A stretch of 57,916 nt of DNA, filler included, from Basidiobolus ranarum (GCA_040143965.1; 7 parts of 7 records of this genome joined end to end with filler, not necessarily neighbours in it); one strand, 5' to 3'; shown: positions 38,510 through 51,459, counted from the first letter of the whole stretch. Made by a program: numbers and translations. Notes: generated by a model from the letters alone, not told the origin.

Positions 38510-39498
38510 TTAATGGAAGGGCTTCCTGGGAGCGGTACAAGCGAAGAACTCATAGATGAACCCACCAATGACTGCTCCTACAAACGGCGCAGTCCATATT
38601 ACCCAGAAGAAGTGTTGAGTTCCAGTAAATGCTGTCGATCCCCATCCGGCCATAGCAGTAAATATGCGTGGACCTGCATCACGGGCAGGATTCATAGAGT
38701 AGCCAGATAGTCCACCAAAACTGAACCCGATTCCAGTTATCATCAAGCCTAAGGCGACAGGGGCGAAATAAATCGCACCAGCATTCAGTTTATCAGTAAT
38801 GGCAAAGATTCCACCCACGAAGAAGGCAGTAGCAATTAACTCCGCTACCCATGCATTGCCAAGAGTCATGTAATCGGGGAGGAATGCAGCATACAACCCG
38901 CAAGATTTGAGGTCTCGATGCCCGCCATCATAAACGTCAATCTGTGCCTTGAACAGAGTGTAGTTCCAGACGGCCGCGAAGAAAGCACCAAGAAGTTGGG
39001 CAAACATGTACCCGGGGACTTTTCTCCAGGGAAACCCACGATTAACGGCCATGGAGAGAGTCACAGCTGGATTGATATGGCCACCCTATGAAGCAAGATA
39101 ATGTCAGAATGAATAGCGAGGAGATATGATGAAAGTTAGAAACTTACAGAAATACCGGCAGACATGAAAAGACCCATCATGAATCCAAATCCCACTCCCC
39201 ATACAATTGTGTTACCAGTATCGCTGTACCCACCAATTGCCATCTTGACTTGGTGAACAACACCCAAGATAAAACTAACAAACACCATCGTTCCCAAGAA
39301 CTCCGCGAGATATTCCCGGAAGTTGGAGCGAAAGGCCCCTAAGGCACCTCTATTCAACAAGGTTTGGAGTCCCGAAAGCTGCATTAATGGAGGGTCGGCC
39401 ACTTCCACCACTGGCCCGTGGTTCGATTTGACAGCGTTATTTCGCCCGTTGGTTTCAACATTTGTATTAGGTGGAATGTCAACTGCTTGATGACTCAT
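38510..39498 (-). CDS. Aquaglyceroporin (MIP family); intron 39086-39147
   Basis: REYLAEFLGT, GIS|GGHINPAVT, MNPARD (glyceroporin-type Asp after the second NPA); 308 aa spliced. Confidence 0.95.
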
Positions 39499-41372
39499 AT
39501 TGTAAAAGCAAGCTGAGGAGATTTTGCTGATCTTCTTCAGAAATCTCCATCGGTTTATATATCCGCTCAACTCGCTGTGATGAGAGAGGATTCTAAAGAT
39601 GATGTAACTACCAATACTCCATAAATATCGAGAGTCATGAAAATACTAGTCTTCTATGAATCTAAGCTTATTACTTGAGATTGTTTAATTGGAAACAAAA
39701 TACCGTCATTCCAAGAGGTTGCACTTGAACAACTATCTACTACACAGGGTGTGTAATGCGTATGAGATCGGTCTTTGGCCTTTAGTTTTCTTCGAACTCA
39801 ACTGTTCCAATCCCTTTCATGTTTCAAAGTTTTTTCATTAAGCGATTACCAGTGATTACCAGGTTGCCTCGATATATATCCGGTTCCAGAATGATATGAG
39901 CCATATGGCCACGAGAACGTACGGTCAAATCAGTACAAGCCAGCATCATGAAAGTGCCATGGTGTTAGGAGCGCGTATTGGTTCATGGTATTACACGAAT
40001 TGAGATATTCATCAAGAGCATGAATCACAGTCCTTCTATGATGGTAGTAATTTGAGAAACTCGTAATGGAATAGGCCAAGAGTGACAATGTACAGTGTAC
40101 CAACCAAGTTTGCTCACTAACAAATGGTCATTACCAAAGAGCGGCTCACCCTAGGAATTGGCCACGGGATTGCTTGGTAACAAGGTGAAGTATACTTTAT
40201 TACCGGTGGTCTTTAGAAATAGCTTATTTTAGGTGATCTATATATCACCATGTATGACTTGAGTGTAACAACTTGAGGTTTAATTTGTTTCACTCCTCAT
40301 TATGCTACTTTATTATAGAACTAGTTTAGATAATTGAATCTATACTGCTGGATTTTCTAAATCTTTGGGCTCCCTGTGCTGGCCATGTTAGACACCACGG
40401 TAAACGGTATTTTGGAGAGAAGGCTTATTGCACGCATTGTTTTCAGCGCAGGATTATCCTACTGTGTGCATGTACTAATCAAGTAGTGAATCTTGTAATC
40501 TCTAAAGAATCTGCATTACTGATAACAAACTGCACTATTGATCGGGATGTGATAGAGTAAGCACAAGCGCGTGAATCTCTAAAGGAGCCCCATTTGAATG
40601 TCCACCAGCGCACTTATACCGAATAGTCCCCATAATTGCAAAGCATGTTTCAACTGAGCTAAACATCCAAGTCTCATTGAATAGGATGTAGTAATTCAAT
40701 GTTCTACAGTGACTTTCCACGTACTTGACTACTTCACTTGTTTCCATAGTTGAAAGGTAACGTGACCTTCAAGCTCCTTTTTCAACAATCGATTTTGTAA
40801 TTAGCACACAACACTACTGCTACATATGATATCACGACCAACCTATTAGTACACTATACTTTCTGCAGCTCATGGCAAATCTAATTGACTATACCTGGGT
40901 GACCCTGCACCAATGGGTGAGTGTCTGCCCTGCTGGAAATCCATTTCTGAAACATGGTAGAGAGGCTCGCGAGCTAAGACCATCGCCTACCAAATCACGT
41001 AACATGAAGTTAGCTACCAGTACAACAAGTTCTTACCATTCAGGGTATTTTCCGAAATGGGCTCTCCAACCCCATTAGCAGAATCCTGCAAAGACCTCAA
41101 TCTGATATGGTTAGTCGGTAAGTTCCATGAATCATGCTGATTGGGCCGACTAAGCACAAATAGGACACCGGCAGTAACGAGTACTCTGACGGACTTTAAA
41201 ATTGAATCCAAGCCCTAAGTGCAGTGCCTTTAGAAGTCAGATATTTCGTATGGCAGTGCCCACTGGAATAGCCCTTGCTTGGTCGAGGTTAAGCCTTATT
41301 CTAATCGAAAACTATGCTAGTATCATAGATGCAGATACGAACGTCTGGTAGGTAGCCAGAGGCTGAACTAGA

Positions 41373-41472
41373 NNNNNNNNNNNNNNNNNNNNNNNNNNNN
41401 NNNNNNNNNNNNNNNNTTAATTAATTAANNNNNNNNNNNNNNNNNNNNNNNNNNNNNNNNNNNNNNNNNNNN
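41373..41472. other. Artificial contig linker
   Basis: N44-TTAATTAATTAA-N44. Confidence 0.99.
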
Positions 41473-41744
41473 AATTTACACATATAATAAAATAATAGTA
41501 GGGAATTATGTATATAAAGTGTGCTAATGCTTTGGGATGTAGTTCTGGAGGTATTCACACTTTTATAACAGTTTCGGTGACTGTGGGGCGTGTACGGAAG
41601 GTTCAAACATTAAACTTGGTAAAGGCTAAGGTTTGGTTATAGGCTATATGATTGCAAACTATTAGAGTGGTTGAGAGAATATATTGACTCCGAAATTGCC
41701 ATCGTTGTTTGTTCAATAATCTAATTTCGTAACAAGCGTAACCA

Positions 41745-41810
41745 GGCCCTGTAGCTCAGTCGAAAGAGTGTCTCTCTCTGAAGTCGTGGGTTTGACCCCC
41801 ATCCGAGTAG
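41745..41810 (+). pseudogene. Degenerate tRNA (Met/Lys-like) or tRNA-derived SINE head
   Basis: A-box TAGCTCAGTCG, B-box-like GGTTTGACCC, T-stem TGGG/CCCA, followed by TTTT; anticodon loop deleted and acceptor stem mispaired. Confidence 0.7.
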
Positions 41811-42596
41811 TTTTGTTTCCATATATCTGGTTGAATTTTTTAAACTTAGAAATCTATACATCTTATAATCATGAAGCGTCGTATATTTTCATTCATTTTA
41901 TACTATTATATCGTTATGGAGTGGTCAGGAGTAATCAAAGATCCCATTAATCATGCATTGTTCAATGGACTTGCTAGGAAAATTGTAAAAAGAGCCTGAC
42001 AGCCATAAGTATAATAGCAATATGACTCACCAGATACTATACCAATAAGATATACAGCTTCAATAGAGTAGAAGTGCTTGTAAGCTTGAAATTTAATGAT
42101 TACTGTTGATTGGCAACGTATTCTATACTAGTTTGTTGGAGAAGTCCTGAGGATATCGCTTCATTCCAGTACATTAAATTCTGAATCAAATGGATATTTG
42201 ATAGTGTTAGGGTTAGGAGGCACATTTAGTGAATCAGTTCAGAGCTCACTATTTATACTGCATTAAGATCAGGTACTGTGTGGTATATTTGTAAAAGCTG
42301 AGCTATATGGGGTACTTCTTTATGTCATTATGTTTTTGGATGTTAATATTAATAAATGAGTTGCTTGCCCGCACAATTAAATTATATATATTAGTAATGG
42401 ATGTCGGCTAAATAAAAAGTTAAAACTTCAATAAAGCTGTCTTATCTGAATTGATTACTTTTGCATACATAGGGCAATATTACTCTTAACTTATATATAC
42501 AGAATAACAGATTGAGTGTGATAGATGATGCTCCGAAATGTTGAAAGTTGGTGAAAATATTATAGTCATCCTAAAGCTCCCAAACCTTGTGCATAA

Positions 42597-42929
42597 TGTT
42601 GAAGTACTTTGGGGGTTTGGTGGAAGTGGTTTGGAGGGCTAGAAGAATTGATGATTTTCACATTTTGATTTATTGAGTAAAAGGTCACATTTATAGTTTT
42701 TCTAAGTATGTAGCATATGTTAGGGAAAGCCCCAGAAACATGTGTGCAAAGTTTGGGGCCTCTTGGAAAACTACTGAACAGGATTATATCTGAAAACCAC
42801 TAGGTTGGTAAAAATATTCCAAGTAAATTCTGATTGAGAATAGTCAAGGATATCCTAGTGGAATATGGAATAACTGAGTACCAAGCTAAATAGGGCTATA
42901 TAGGTATTTATGCTATGCTAGTTTCAAAA
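42597..42929 (-). mobile_element. Solo Copia-family LTR with perfect TSD, nested in an older opposite-orientation LTR (about 42570-43040)
   Basis: CATAA on both sides (42592-42596, 42930-42934); the flanks rejoin into LTR sequence AAGCTCCCAAACCTTGTGCA..TAATAAATCAACAAGTGAAAACC. Confidence 0.88.
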
Positions 42930-43617
42930 CATAATATCCGGATAAGGTTCACACCTTAATTTCATTGTTAAGTTTTGATTTTTAGACAAGATTATATGTA
43001 TCAAAGTGTCTAATAATAAATCAACAAGTGAAAACCTCACTCTCTTATGACAATCAATTTCACTTCCCATCTGAGCAACAATTCCCGATATGCATACGAA
43101 TGCATAAGAACCTCTGTAATTGATGGACAAGTGAGCAGCTTAATAAAAATTTTGTTTTGTTAATATGCAACTTATGTTATTGTATTGCTACCAGACTACT
43201 AGAACAGTATTTAGTTAGAATAGGTACTATAGTGGTTGTTTTGAATAGAGGTAGTAGTGTAAAGTTCCATTAGGGATTCATTAAACTTGTGATATGGAGC
43301 TTGGATAATGTATATAGGAGTAGATAGAAGCATAATTAGTAATTAATAAGTAGTAAAAGATGAATTTGTTTTTTCAAATATTTGTTGATTCTGAGTTTAG
43401 TAAGATTGTAGCTAAATATGAAAGCCTATTCTGTGAAATCCAAAGATCCCAATCTGCTGGCTGTAATAATTGGTTAAATTTTTAAAAAAAAAACCTGATA
43501 ATTTTATAACTAAATTTCAATGGAAAATGAAAAAAAGTTGAAATTATGTTGGCATTTCAAAGGCCCTCAAACTCCAATTTTGCCTAGGGCATATTAGGAG
43601 ATTGTTGCCCCAACTTT

Positions 43618-43938
43618 TGTTGAAATTAGCATAGTCTAAAAATCAATATAGTCATATACAACTTAGTATTTAGTGATTTAATATTTCACCTATACATCAC
43701 TCACTATTCGCAAGAGGAGTTTAGTTAAAAGTTTGAAGATACTTGGGGTTTTCAAACTTGTGATACAAGCTCCTAGCTTTGTACATATGCTTCTGTTACC
43801 TTCCTTAATAAATATTCATGTTTTTTTGTTTACATGTTGATAGAACTATAAATGTCAACATTCCACCCTGCTTTTCTAAGCCCACAAATATGTCTAACTC
43901 TCCAAACCACTTCTGAAAACTCCCAAAATTCTTCAAAA
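43618..43938 (+). mobile_element. Diverged solo LTR of the same family
   Basis: TGTTGAAATTAGC..TTTTCAAACTTGTG..AACTATAAATGTCAAC..CTCCAAACCACTTC; no clear TSD. Confidence 0.82.
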
Positions 43939-44499
43939 GTAACTACTTCAAAGTCTCATTTGGCTATACCAAGCCCTATAACTAGCCAAAACATTGCTTA
44001 GCCATACTATACCCTGCCACTACCCAATAGTATTATTTGACCATATGAAACTATGCTACCACTGGCAAATACATATTCTTCCTTTGATATATATTGTAAG
44101 AGGCGCACTAATTTGGACCCTCAGTAGGAGGGTGCAAAAGGTCAATTTTTCAATTACATAAAAATTGCTTATAAGAAAGGAAGCATTCACCAGAGGTTAT
44201 AATTCTAGGTGTACATGGATCAGAAGCTCTTACCATTTATTTTGTCTTGCAAATCAAAACATTGTCAAATATCCCTGCTTTCCCTTTCCAACTAAATTTG
44301 GAATGACCAATAAAAAACTGCAAGACCTAACTCTTGCTACGATTTAGTAGAGGGCATATACATATGCTTATTTGATGATTCCTGTAAACACTTGGCTAAG
44401 TGGCATTATATACATGATGTTATCGCCTTATTTGAACTAGTAACCAGTTGGGCCAGTAATATGTTCAACTTTGATATGAATACCAGACACAAAACCCAC

Positions 44500-45586
44500 C
44501 ATTAACCAGTCACTCATACATAGTGCCACTTAATTGATGTAAGCTGCTGAATTGAACCTTCAAAAGATCATCTGTAAAGGTGGAGGTACGTTTCCCCAGT
44601 CGGAAACTCTAACCATCTAAGAATTCCAGACATCCGACCCATCTTTTAAGCTTTCACAGTCCAAGTTGTGGGGAATCTCCTGTAGAGGAAATATGAAGAG
44701 GAATTCTTGACTCCAAAATATTACCTTGGTCCAGAAAAGATAGTCTATCACGTTAAAAAGACCGGCTTCGATGCAATCCTCGCGAGCTTAGCCCGATATG
44801 CGCACAAGAAAATCAGTTACACTCCAATCCACTCCCTTGTGCTCTCGAATTCCTTCTTCAATAAAGACCTGACCAAACGTAGCACTTTCTGAAGTTACGC
44901 TTAGTAGCACGAAAACGACCGGCTACTTCGAAGAATTCTGTGGATGTTGAAGTACTCTCAGGGTTTAAGTGTAGTACTCGAAGTACCCCAGAGCGAATGC
45001 TACTCCAGCCAGAGATCGTTCATTTATCTAAAATATGTGTTATATCAGAATTTTTGCTGTCTTTAGCTAATAAAAGTGCATATTCCGTAGGTAAATAATA
45101 GGGCTTAATCCAACTCAGCTGAAGAACTACTGGGGCTTGGAGCTGAATTGAAGTTGGTTGAGTTTGCTTATCTTCGGGGTTAATCACTTTCCGGTCAGCT
45201 TGAAACCTGCAAACACGTTGAAATGCCTCTATGGATTGTAACTGAAGCTCATCAAGTTATAAGTGAAATTGAAGTTGATACAGTTTGCTTGAATTTGACA
45301 CAACGGATGGGATATTAGGGAACTTCGACTTTAAAACTTCCGAGGTCGTATCTAGTTCAAACACATAGCAATATCCCTCATGTATAACCTGTTTAACCTT
45401 TGAAATAGAAGTTGGTAATAATGTATGGAATGTACGTCTCAGCAAAGTCTCTTGGTTTGCTAAATATAATTCAAACTCTTTCTCGGTTTATGAAAGACTA
45501 AGGATCTCATATAGCTCGAGATAGCAAATAACTTGACCCCAGGTTTCCGATGGTAATAGCTGTAACAAGTTGTCTAATGCTAACAT
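44500..45586 (-). pseudogene. F-box protein pseudogene (3' limit uncertain)
   Basis: MLALDNLLQLLPSETWGQVICYLELYEILSLS*TEK resembles an F-box motif; frame continues with several in-frame stops. Confidence 0.5.
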
Positions 45587-46432
45587 GGTCAAACTTCTAC
45601 AGTATCTTGCTGGGTAAAGGGGTTACCTGATTATTCTTGACTCTCCCTTTTTTCCCCTAAAATCAATGGCTGAAGATTTACAGATATAGATGGACATCAA
45701 CATTAAATTACCTGATATCGAAATAAGGTTGAATTTTAATTCAATTTTAATGTGTATTTCAATTTCAAGATCTCCCATGTAAAAATTCAAATCTGGATTA
45801 CCCCCACCCTCAATACGCATTCTAATAATATATGTAGAAACGAAGGCTGCGTTGCGCAAATTTCACCATATTTTAAGCACCGATAACATGATTTGTTGCG
45901 CACATGTAATATACGTTAAAAACCTTCTAAGAACGTCTAGTTTCAGATACTAGAAATGTTTAATAACCCTCAGATTTAACTAAATGTAGATCGAAAAAGC
46001 TTACTTCGATTGTAGTTGGGATATTAATGGTTTCCTAGATCGTGAATACCGCGTGGTAGTTACGTACAAGCTCTAACACATTTGATTTACATGCCTAGAA
46101 TGTAACTATGATGACCTATCTCCTATGTAATAGTCAATTGAAACGGATTTTATTAGCAGCCAACACTCCTGGAAGCCTAACAATATCAAATCCTATCCAG
46201 TATCCAAGCATTCCATAATCGTGAGAAAATTATTACATCATACTGACGATTCTCCCAATGCACGGATTGTACCACTACCAAATAAGGCAATAAAATTTAG
46301 AATTTCGTAGGATTGACGTTTACCTAATACTAACAAGCAACAAATTAGACCGATTAGGATGACAGACGAGACTCTATAAAAGCTCAATAGCTGCACTTCC
46401 TCTACTCAGAAAACAAACAAACGAACTTTATC

Positions 46433-47199
46433 ATGGCTTATAACACACAATCAACTAGAGATCAAACCGCTCAACCACAATCAGAGCTTTCTACTGACCA
46501 TAAACGTGCTGCCGAATGTCTGATTCAAGCTTTTAAAAGCGGTATGTATCATCAAAATCTGATGTCCATTTTCAACATAGTTTTAACACATTCTAGATCC
46601 TCTTATGTCTAGAATCATAGACTCAGCTAAAACTGAAGAATTACGCCAAGAACTTTGGTGTCGTTACTTTGAAGAAATGACTAAAGCTTCCATTGAGGAA
46701 GGAAAGGTCTACCAAGTTGACGATCACAAAGCTGTTTCAATCTGGTATGTAATCGCTCAACAGAATAGATATATGTATGCTTGTTAACTGACTCCTTTGG
46801 TATATCAGGTTTGCTCCGGGTCAAGAATTAACTTCTTTTGATAAGTCACAATTTAGTCGACATCTTGGTAGCGAAGGAATGGAAAAGATTCGAGCACTTG
46901 GCAAGATGATGCATGAGATGTCGGATAAACTTGTTGGTGATAAACCAATGTGGTATTGCTACATGGTTGGAGTAGATCCATCAGAGCAAGGTAATGGATA
47001 TGCTTCCAAGGTGGTTCGCAACATTACGAAATTGGCTGATGAACAACAAGTAATATGTTATCTTGAATCATCCAAACCCGACAACGTTCCCATATACAAG
47101 CATTATGGTTTTCATGTAGTCGAAGTACAACATTTTGACGGCGATATTCCTGTATATTTTATGATTCGTAAGCCTGAAACCCAGAAGAGCCATTTGTAA
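46433..47199 (+). CDS. GNAT N-acetyltransferase (puromycin N-acetyltransferase-like), two introns
   Basis: AAECLIQAFKS|DP, WYCYMVGVDPSEQGNGYAS (acetyl-CoA motif), YLESSKPDNVPIYKHYGF; TATAAA upstream. Confidence 0.92.
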
Positions 47200-48977
47200 A
47201 TAAAATTCTAGTAGTTTAATCGAAGTTACAAAAGTATGGGTCTTTACTTTACTAGTCGTTATTTTTCTAAGGCACTGCTGAAAGAATTGGAACACGAAGA
47301 CCTTTGTTTGCAGTTATATCTAGATCCAGTAGTGTGTGGCTAACCCTAAGTGGCTTCTCGGCAATTCGTATGTATATTCACTAAAACTTAACGCTGATGT
47401 GCAAAGTAGATTTAGAACAGTTGGTGGAACGGTGATAGCATAAAACTTACTTAAGAAAAATAATTCATAAAAAAGATTCTGTTCTTATAATAAAATAGTA
47501 TGGACTTCGGTACAGTTTAAATATAGAGAATATTGGGATATAATCTGGGAATTTGGCATAGGAAGAATGAACCAAGTTAACTTACATAATTCAAGTAGAT
47601 TACATGATTGTCAGAGAAATGTATTGCCAAGTGCATTAGCGAAAAAGTTCCATTATTATTAACTAAAGGATAGTGAGTAAATTTATTTCCTATCGACGTA
47701 TCCTAGATCATGCCAAAGCCTTGGGAATTTTCGATGGCAGTTAGTAGTCTCTTCCTACTATATTCACCATAGTAAGAGGGCATTGGACCACGTATGGGAT
47801 GCTGGTAAATTGTGAGAGTAAAGTTGATAAATAGGAACCCCATCAACTTTCTAAAATGATGCTCTTACCGATTAAAGTCATCGACATTTTTAGCGATTAT
47901 GAATTGTAGTTTACAGAGGCTACCAATAGGAACACGATCACTTCCAGTAGCAAAAAAAGCACTTTTGCTCCTGTAAATCTATGAACGATCTCCCAAAAAT
48001 TCCTAGAAAAATACACAGGTTAAAAAGAATTATCAAGGTGATTTCTCAATTGGCACACACTTGGTAACCGGTGAATCTTTTGAAAACCTGATGTCACACA
48101 TAGGGACCCCTTACGTTTTCCAAAGCTCGCAAAAGTTGTTGAGCTCCTTTTCTTCTAATCCTACTATTTACCTTTTCTTAAAAAGTTCTAAAGAGCTATA
48201 CCAACATCACCCCTTCAAAACATTTCCAATCTAGCTATGTTTTAATAACAAAAGTACTCGTTTTAATATCAACTTTTTTAAGCCTAATTATCACCCGATC
48301 TTTTATATAAAATCTGAAAAAACTCTATAAAATAAATGAATGAATATATATTCGACAAATCATTAGACAAATACAATGTAGACACAAAGACGAAAGCGTG
48401 ATCCTGGTGTGCCTTGATTATGACGAACAAGCTAGTAGACCCCCTAGACTAATTGATGGAATTGTGATCGAAAGTGTTAAATACTATATTTTGGCTGGTA
48501 AAAAGGGAGATACAGTCGAAATATATGGTTGTTTTAAATATAAAGGTGACGCTACAGCATCTAAATATGGTTCTATGGATACTTGGATGCTCAATTTTCC
48601 ATAAATTACATACATATATCCATGTCTTCTACCTTTCTGAGATAATTAATATAAACTTTGTCATACAAATCTTTGGAAAACCCTTGGCAGTTATCATACT
48701 GGGTCACCCATTCTAAAGCCTCAAAATCAAGTTCAGAACTATCACTTTTGCCAAAATTAATGGCGATAATATGCCTTAAAATTAAACCCATCAAAGATAA
48801 TGTTAGTTTCTGTTCAAGGATTTGCATAGTGAGTGCCAATGAGCTAAGCTGAGGATTCCTACCTTTCAGAATAAAAATATTAAGGCATAGCAGGATACTT
48901 TACCGAGTACAGAATAGACGTTTATTATTGTTCAATTTAGAAAACAATATATTGTACAACTCGAAATTCTCAACAAT

Positions 48978-49650
48978 TTAATCGTATTGACGACCAGAAT
49001 GGGAACGAGAATGATTCTGTTGACCATTTCTGTGGGAGATTCCACGTTCGTATTCGTTATCATACTCGTCTTGTTCGTATTGACGACCATAACGAGAACG
49101 AGGATAGTTCTGCTGACCATTTCTGCCATATACACCACGTTTGTACTTGTTATCGTACTCGTCTTGTTCGTATTGACGACCATAGCGAGAGCGGGGATAG
49201 TTCTGCTGACCATTTCTGCCAGACACACCACGTTCGTACTCATTATCGTACTCGTCCTGTTCATATTGACGACCATAGCGAGAGCGAGGATAGTTTTGTT
49301 GACCATTTCTGCGAGAAATATCACGTTCATACTCGTTATCGTACTCGTCTTGTTCATACTGACGGCCATAGCGAGAGTGGGGATAGTTTTGTTGACCATT
49401 TCTGCGAGAAATATCACGTTCATACTCGTTATCGTACTCGTCCTGTTCATATTGACGGCCATAGCGAGAGCGGGGATAGTCTTGTTGACCATTTCTGCGA
49501 GAAATACCACGTTCATACTCGTTATCGTACTCATCTTGTTCATATTGACGGCCATAGCGAGATCGGGGATAGTTTTGTTGACCATTTCTGCGAGAGACAC
49601 CACGTTCGTACTCGTTATCATACTAATCTTGCTCATACTGGCGCCCATAA
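48978..49650 (-). CDS. C-terminal part of a Tyr/Arg/Glu-rich tandem-repeat protein (93-bp, 31-aa unit, about 7 copies); 5' end lost at the contig break
   Basis: Unit YGRQYEQDEYDNEYERGISRRNGQQNYPRSR; differences between repeats are mostly synonymous in this frame; AATAAA downstream of the stop; one GAG>TAG near the contig end. Confidence 0.7.
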
Positions 49651-49750
49651 NNNNNNNNNNNNNNNNNNNNNNNNNNNNNNNNNNNNNNNNNNNNTTAATT
49701 AATTAANNNNNNNNNNNNNNNNNNNNNNNNNNNNNNNNNNNNNNNNNNNN
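49651..49750. other. Artificial contig linker
   Basis: N44-TTAATTAATTAA-N44. Confidence 0.99.
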
Positions 49751-51459
49751 TACCAAGGGATGTAGTTTCTGGCGCATTTGCGCGGGGTGGTTGGGGCTGC
49801 CTTATTCAGTATGTATTATTGGTTTTCTGGATAGGTTAGATAAAAGATGTTGTCCAAAAAAGGCATAGATTGGTATTGTGGGTTAATACAATGTAGTAGC
49901 CCATGCATCAGTAAGTCAGTAAATCAGGGTTTGTAGAACGAGTGGTGGCGGCTATTTAGGCCATTGCTTTGAGTGGCCGATGATGACGAATAAAGGTCAA
50001 ATTGAAGTTCTTCTTTGCTCATGTTTACTGAAATTAAAGGCCGCTATTTCTTGTTTACTCACTCGATGTGCAGTAACATATTTGTTTAGGTATCATGGTT
50101 ACAGCAAGAGGCAGTAAATTTATTATTATTCCGTCCCAGCCGCTGGCTTGACTGGGAGTTAATAGGCGATGATGGTGGTAGCTGCAGAGTATGTGGACGC
50201 GTTGGTTCTAATTGGTTCTAGAATCCAGTGCAAAATTGATGGTATGCAACAGTGTAACATAAGGATCGCAACATCTTTAAATATTAGTGGACCGGGATCT
50301 TCAGATTCTAGACCTTTCAGTTATGTAATGGGAATTAATGTCTTGAACAATGGAATCTGAGCTGAGGACAATGCCTATTTTGATTAGATTCATAATGCTT
50401 TTTTGGGAGCTAAGGTCACTTACAATATCAGTATATCTACGCTCCCTGCTAATCAGCACATCGCAAAGCTTGTCATATTCCAAGCAGCACCCCTCGCAGT
50501 AGGATCCAGCTCTTTCATGCCATAGAGGTTTGATGGATGCCTCTGAGACCAGGCTTCACAGTTTTCTAAGTCATAAACTGCGGCGAGTTGCCAGAGCGAA
50601 TCTTGACTTGTCAGGTGCCTTGGACGTATCTATCTTGCTGTAAATTGGTGCCCGAACAAGCAAAATGAAACATTCAAAACCTCGCCCAAATGTGAGAAAA
50701 TAATCGCGCTGTTTCTCTGACATGCTTGCAAATCATCACAAGCTTGATTGATGGGTTGTGTGTTGTGACTATATTTTGGATTGCTGACAACTACCTGGTG
50801 CCGTAGTATTGTGGTTGGGGCTTCTCTTAACATGACTGGTTTTGGGTAATAAAGCAGAAGAGATCAATTATACGTAATCTTATTTTGTTCAGATCCAAAC
50901 GCGTCCACAAGTTAATTGTATTGATATATTACAAAGAACAGGCAGGGTTTTATCGGATTTGGTATTCTATCCACTGCATTCTATTTATATTATTGATCTT
51001 CACCTCTGATATCTGTTTATGTGTTCTTCTTTGTGACCACTTTGAGTGTGACCATCATACTACGATTTCCATATCATTATTATTCAACTGGTTGATTTCG
51101 TGAAGCTTCATACCGAAAGTTTCAAGTTTCCAAAAAATCATTTGCCCTTTCTTTTGTCATTAAGCGGAAAGTAAATTCGTCACCTAGAGTAAAAACATTT
51201 CCCTAGTCAATTACACTTATCATTGTTATCTCTCATATACTTGAGTAATTGTCTCGTTTTAGAGCGTGTTGATAGACCAACTAATCTGGTCTGCATTACT
51301 TCATAGTTTGTTTATAAGTTGGCTACATACATTCACTAGTCTATAGAGTACCTCGGTTGCTCTATATATTGCCATATCATTCACTCTTGCAGATACGTAA
51401 TCTATCAAAGGAGTAATAGAGACTATAGCATTTCCAGTGACACTTGAGGCGATAGTGAG

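Noticed and set aside
40750-41372. Possible Ty3/gypsy gag relic (FRNGL motif)
   Set aside because: A single short motif amid stops is insufficient evidence
48978-49650. CRISPR-like appearance of the repeat array (also 18530-18607)
   Set aside because: Head-to-tail repeats without unique spacers, eukaryotic context, no cas genes
48932-49706. 238-aa and 239-aa overlapping ORFs (Met/Thr-rich; hydrophobic antisense)
   Set aside because: Shadow frames of the 93-bp repeat; variation is synonymous in the YGRQ frame
8212-49750. Regularly spaced N44-TTAATTAATTAA-N44 units about every 8.3 kb
   Set aside because: Artificial linkers joining size-sorted contigs; not biological, and ORFs running into them or gene neighbourhoods across them are artefacts
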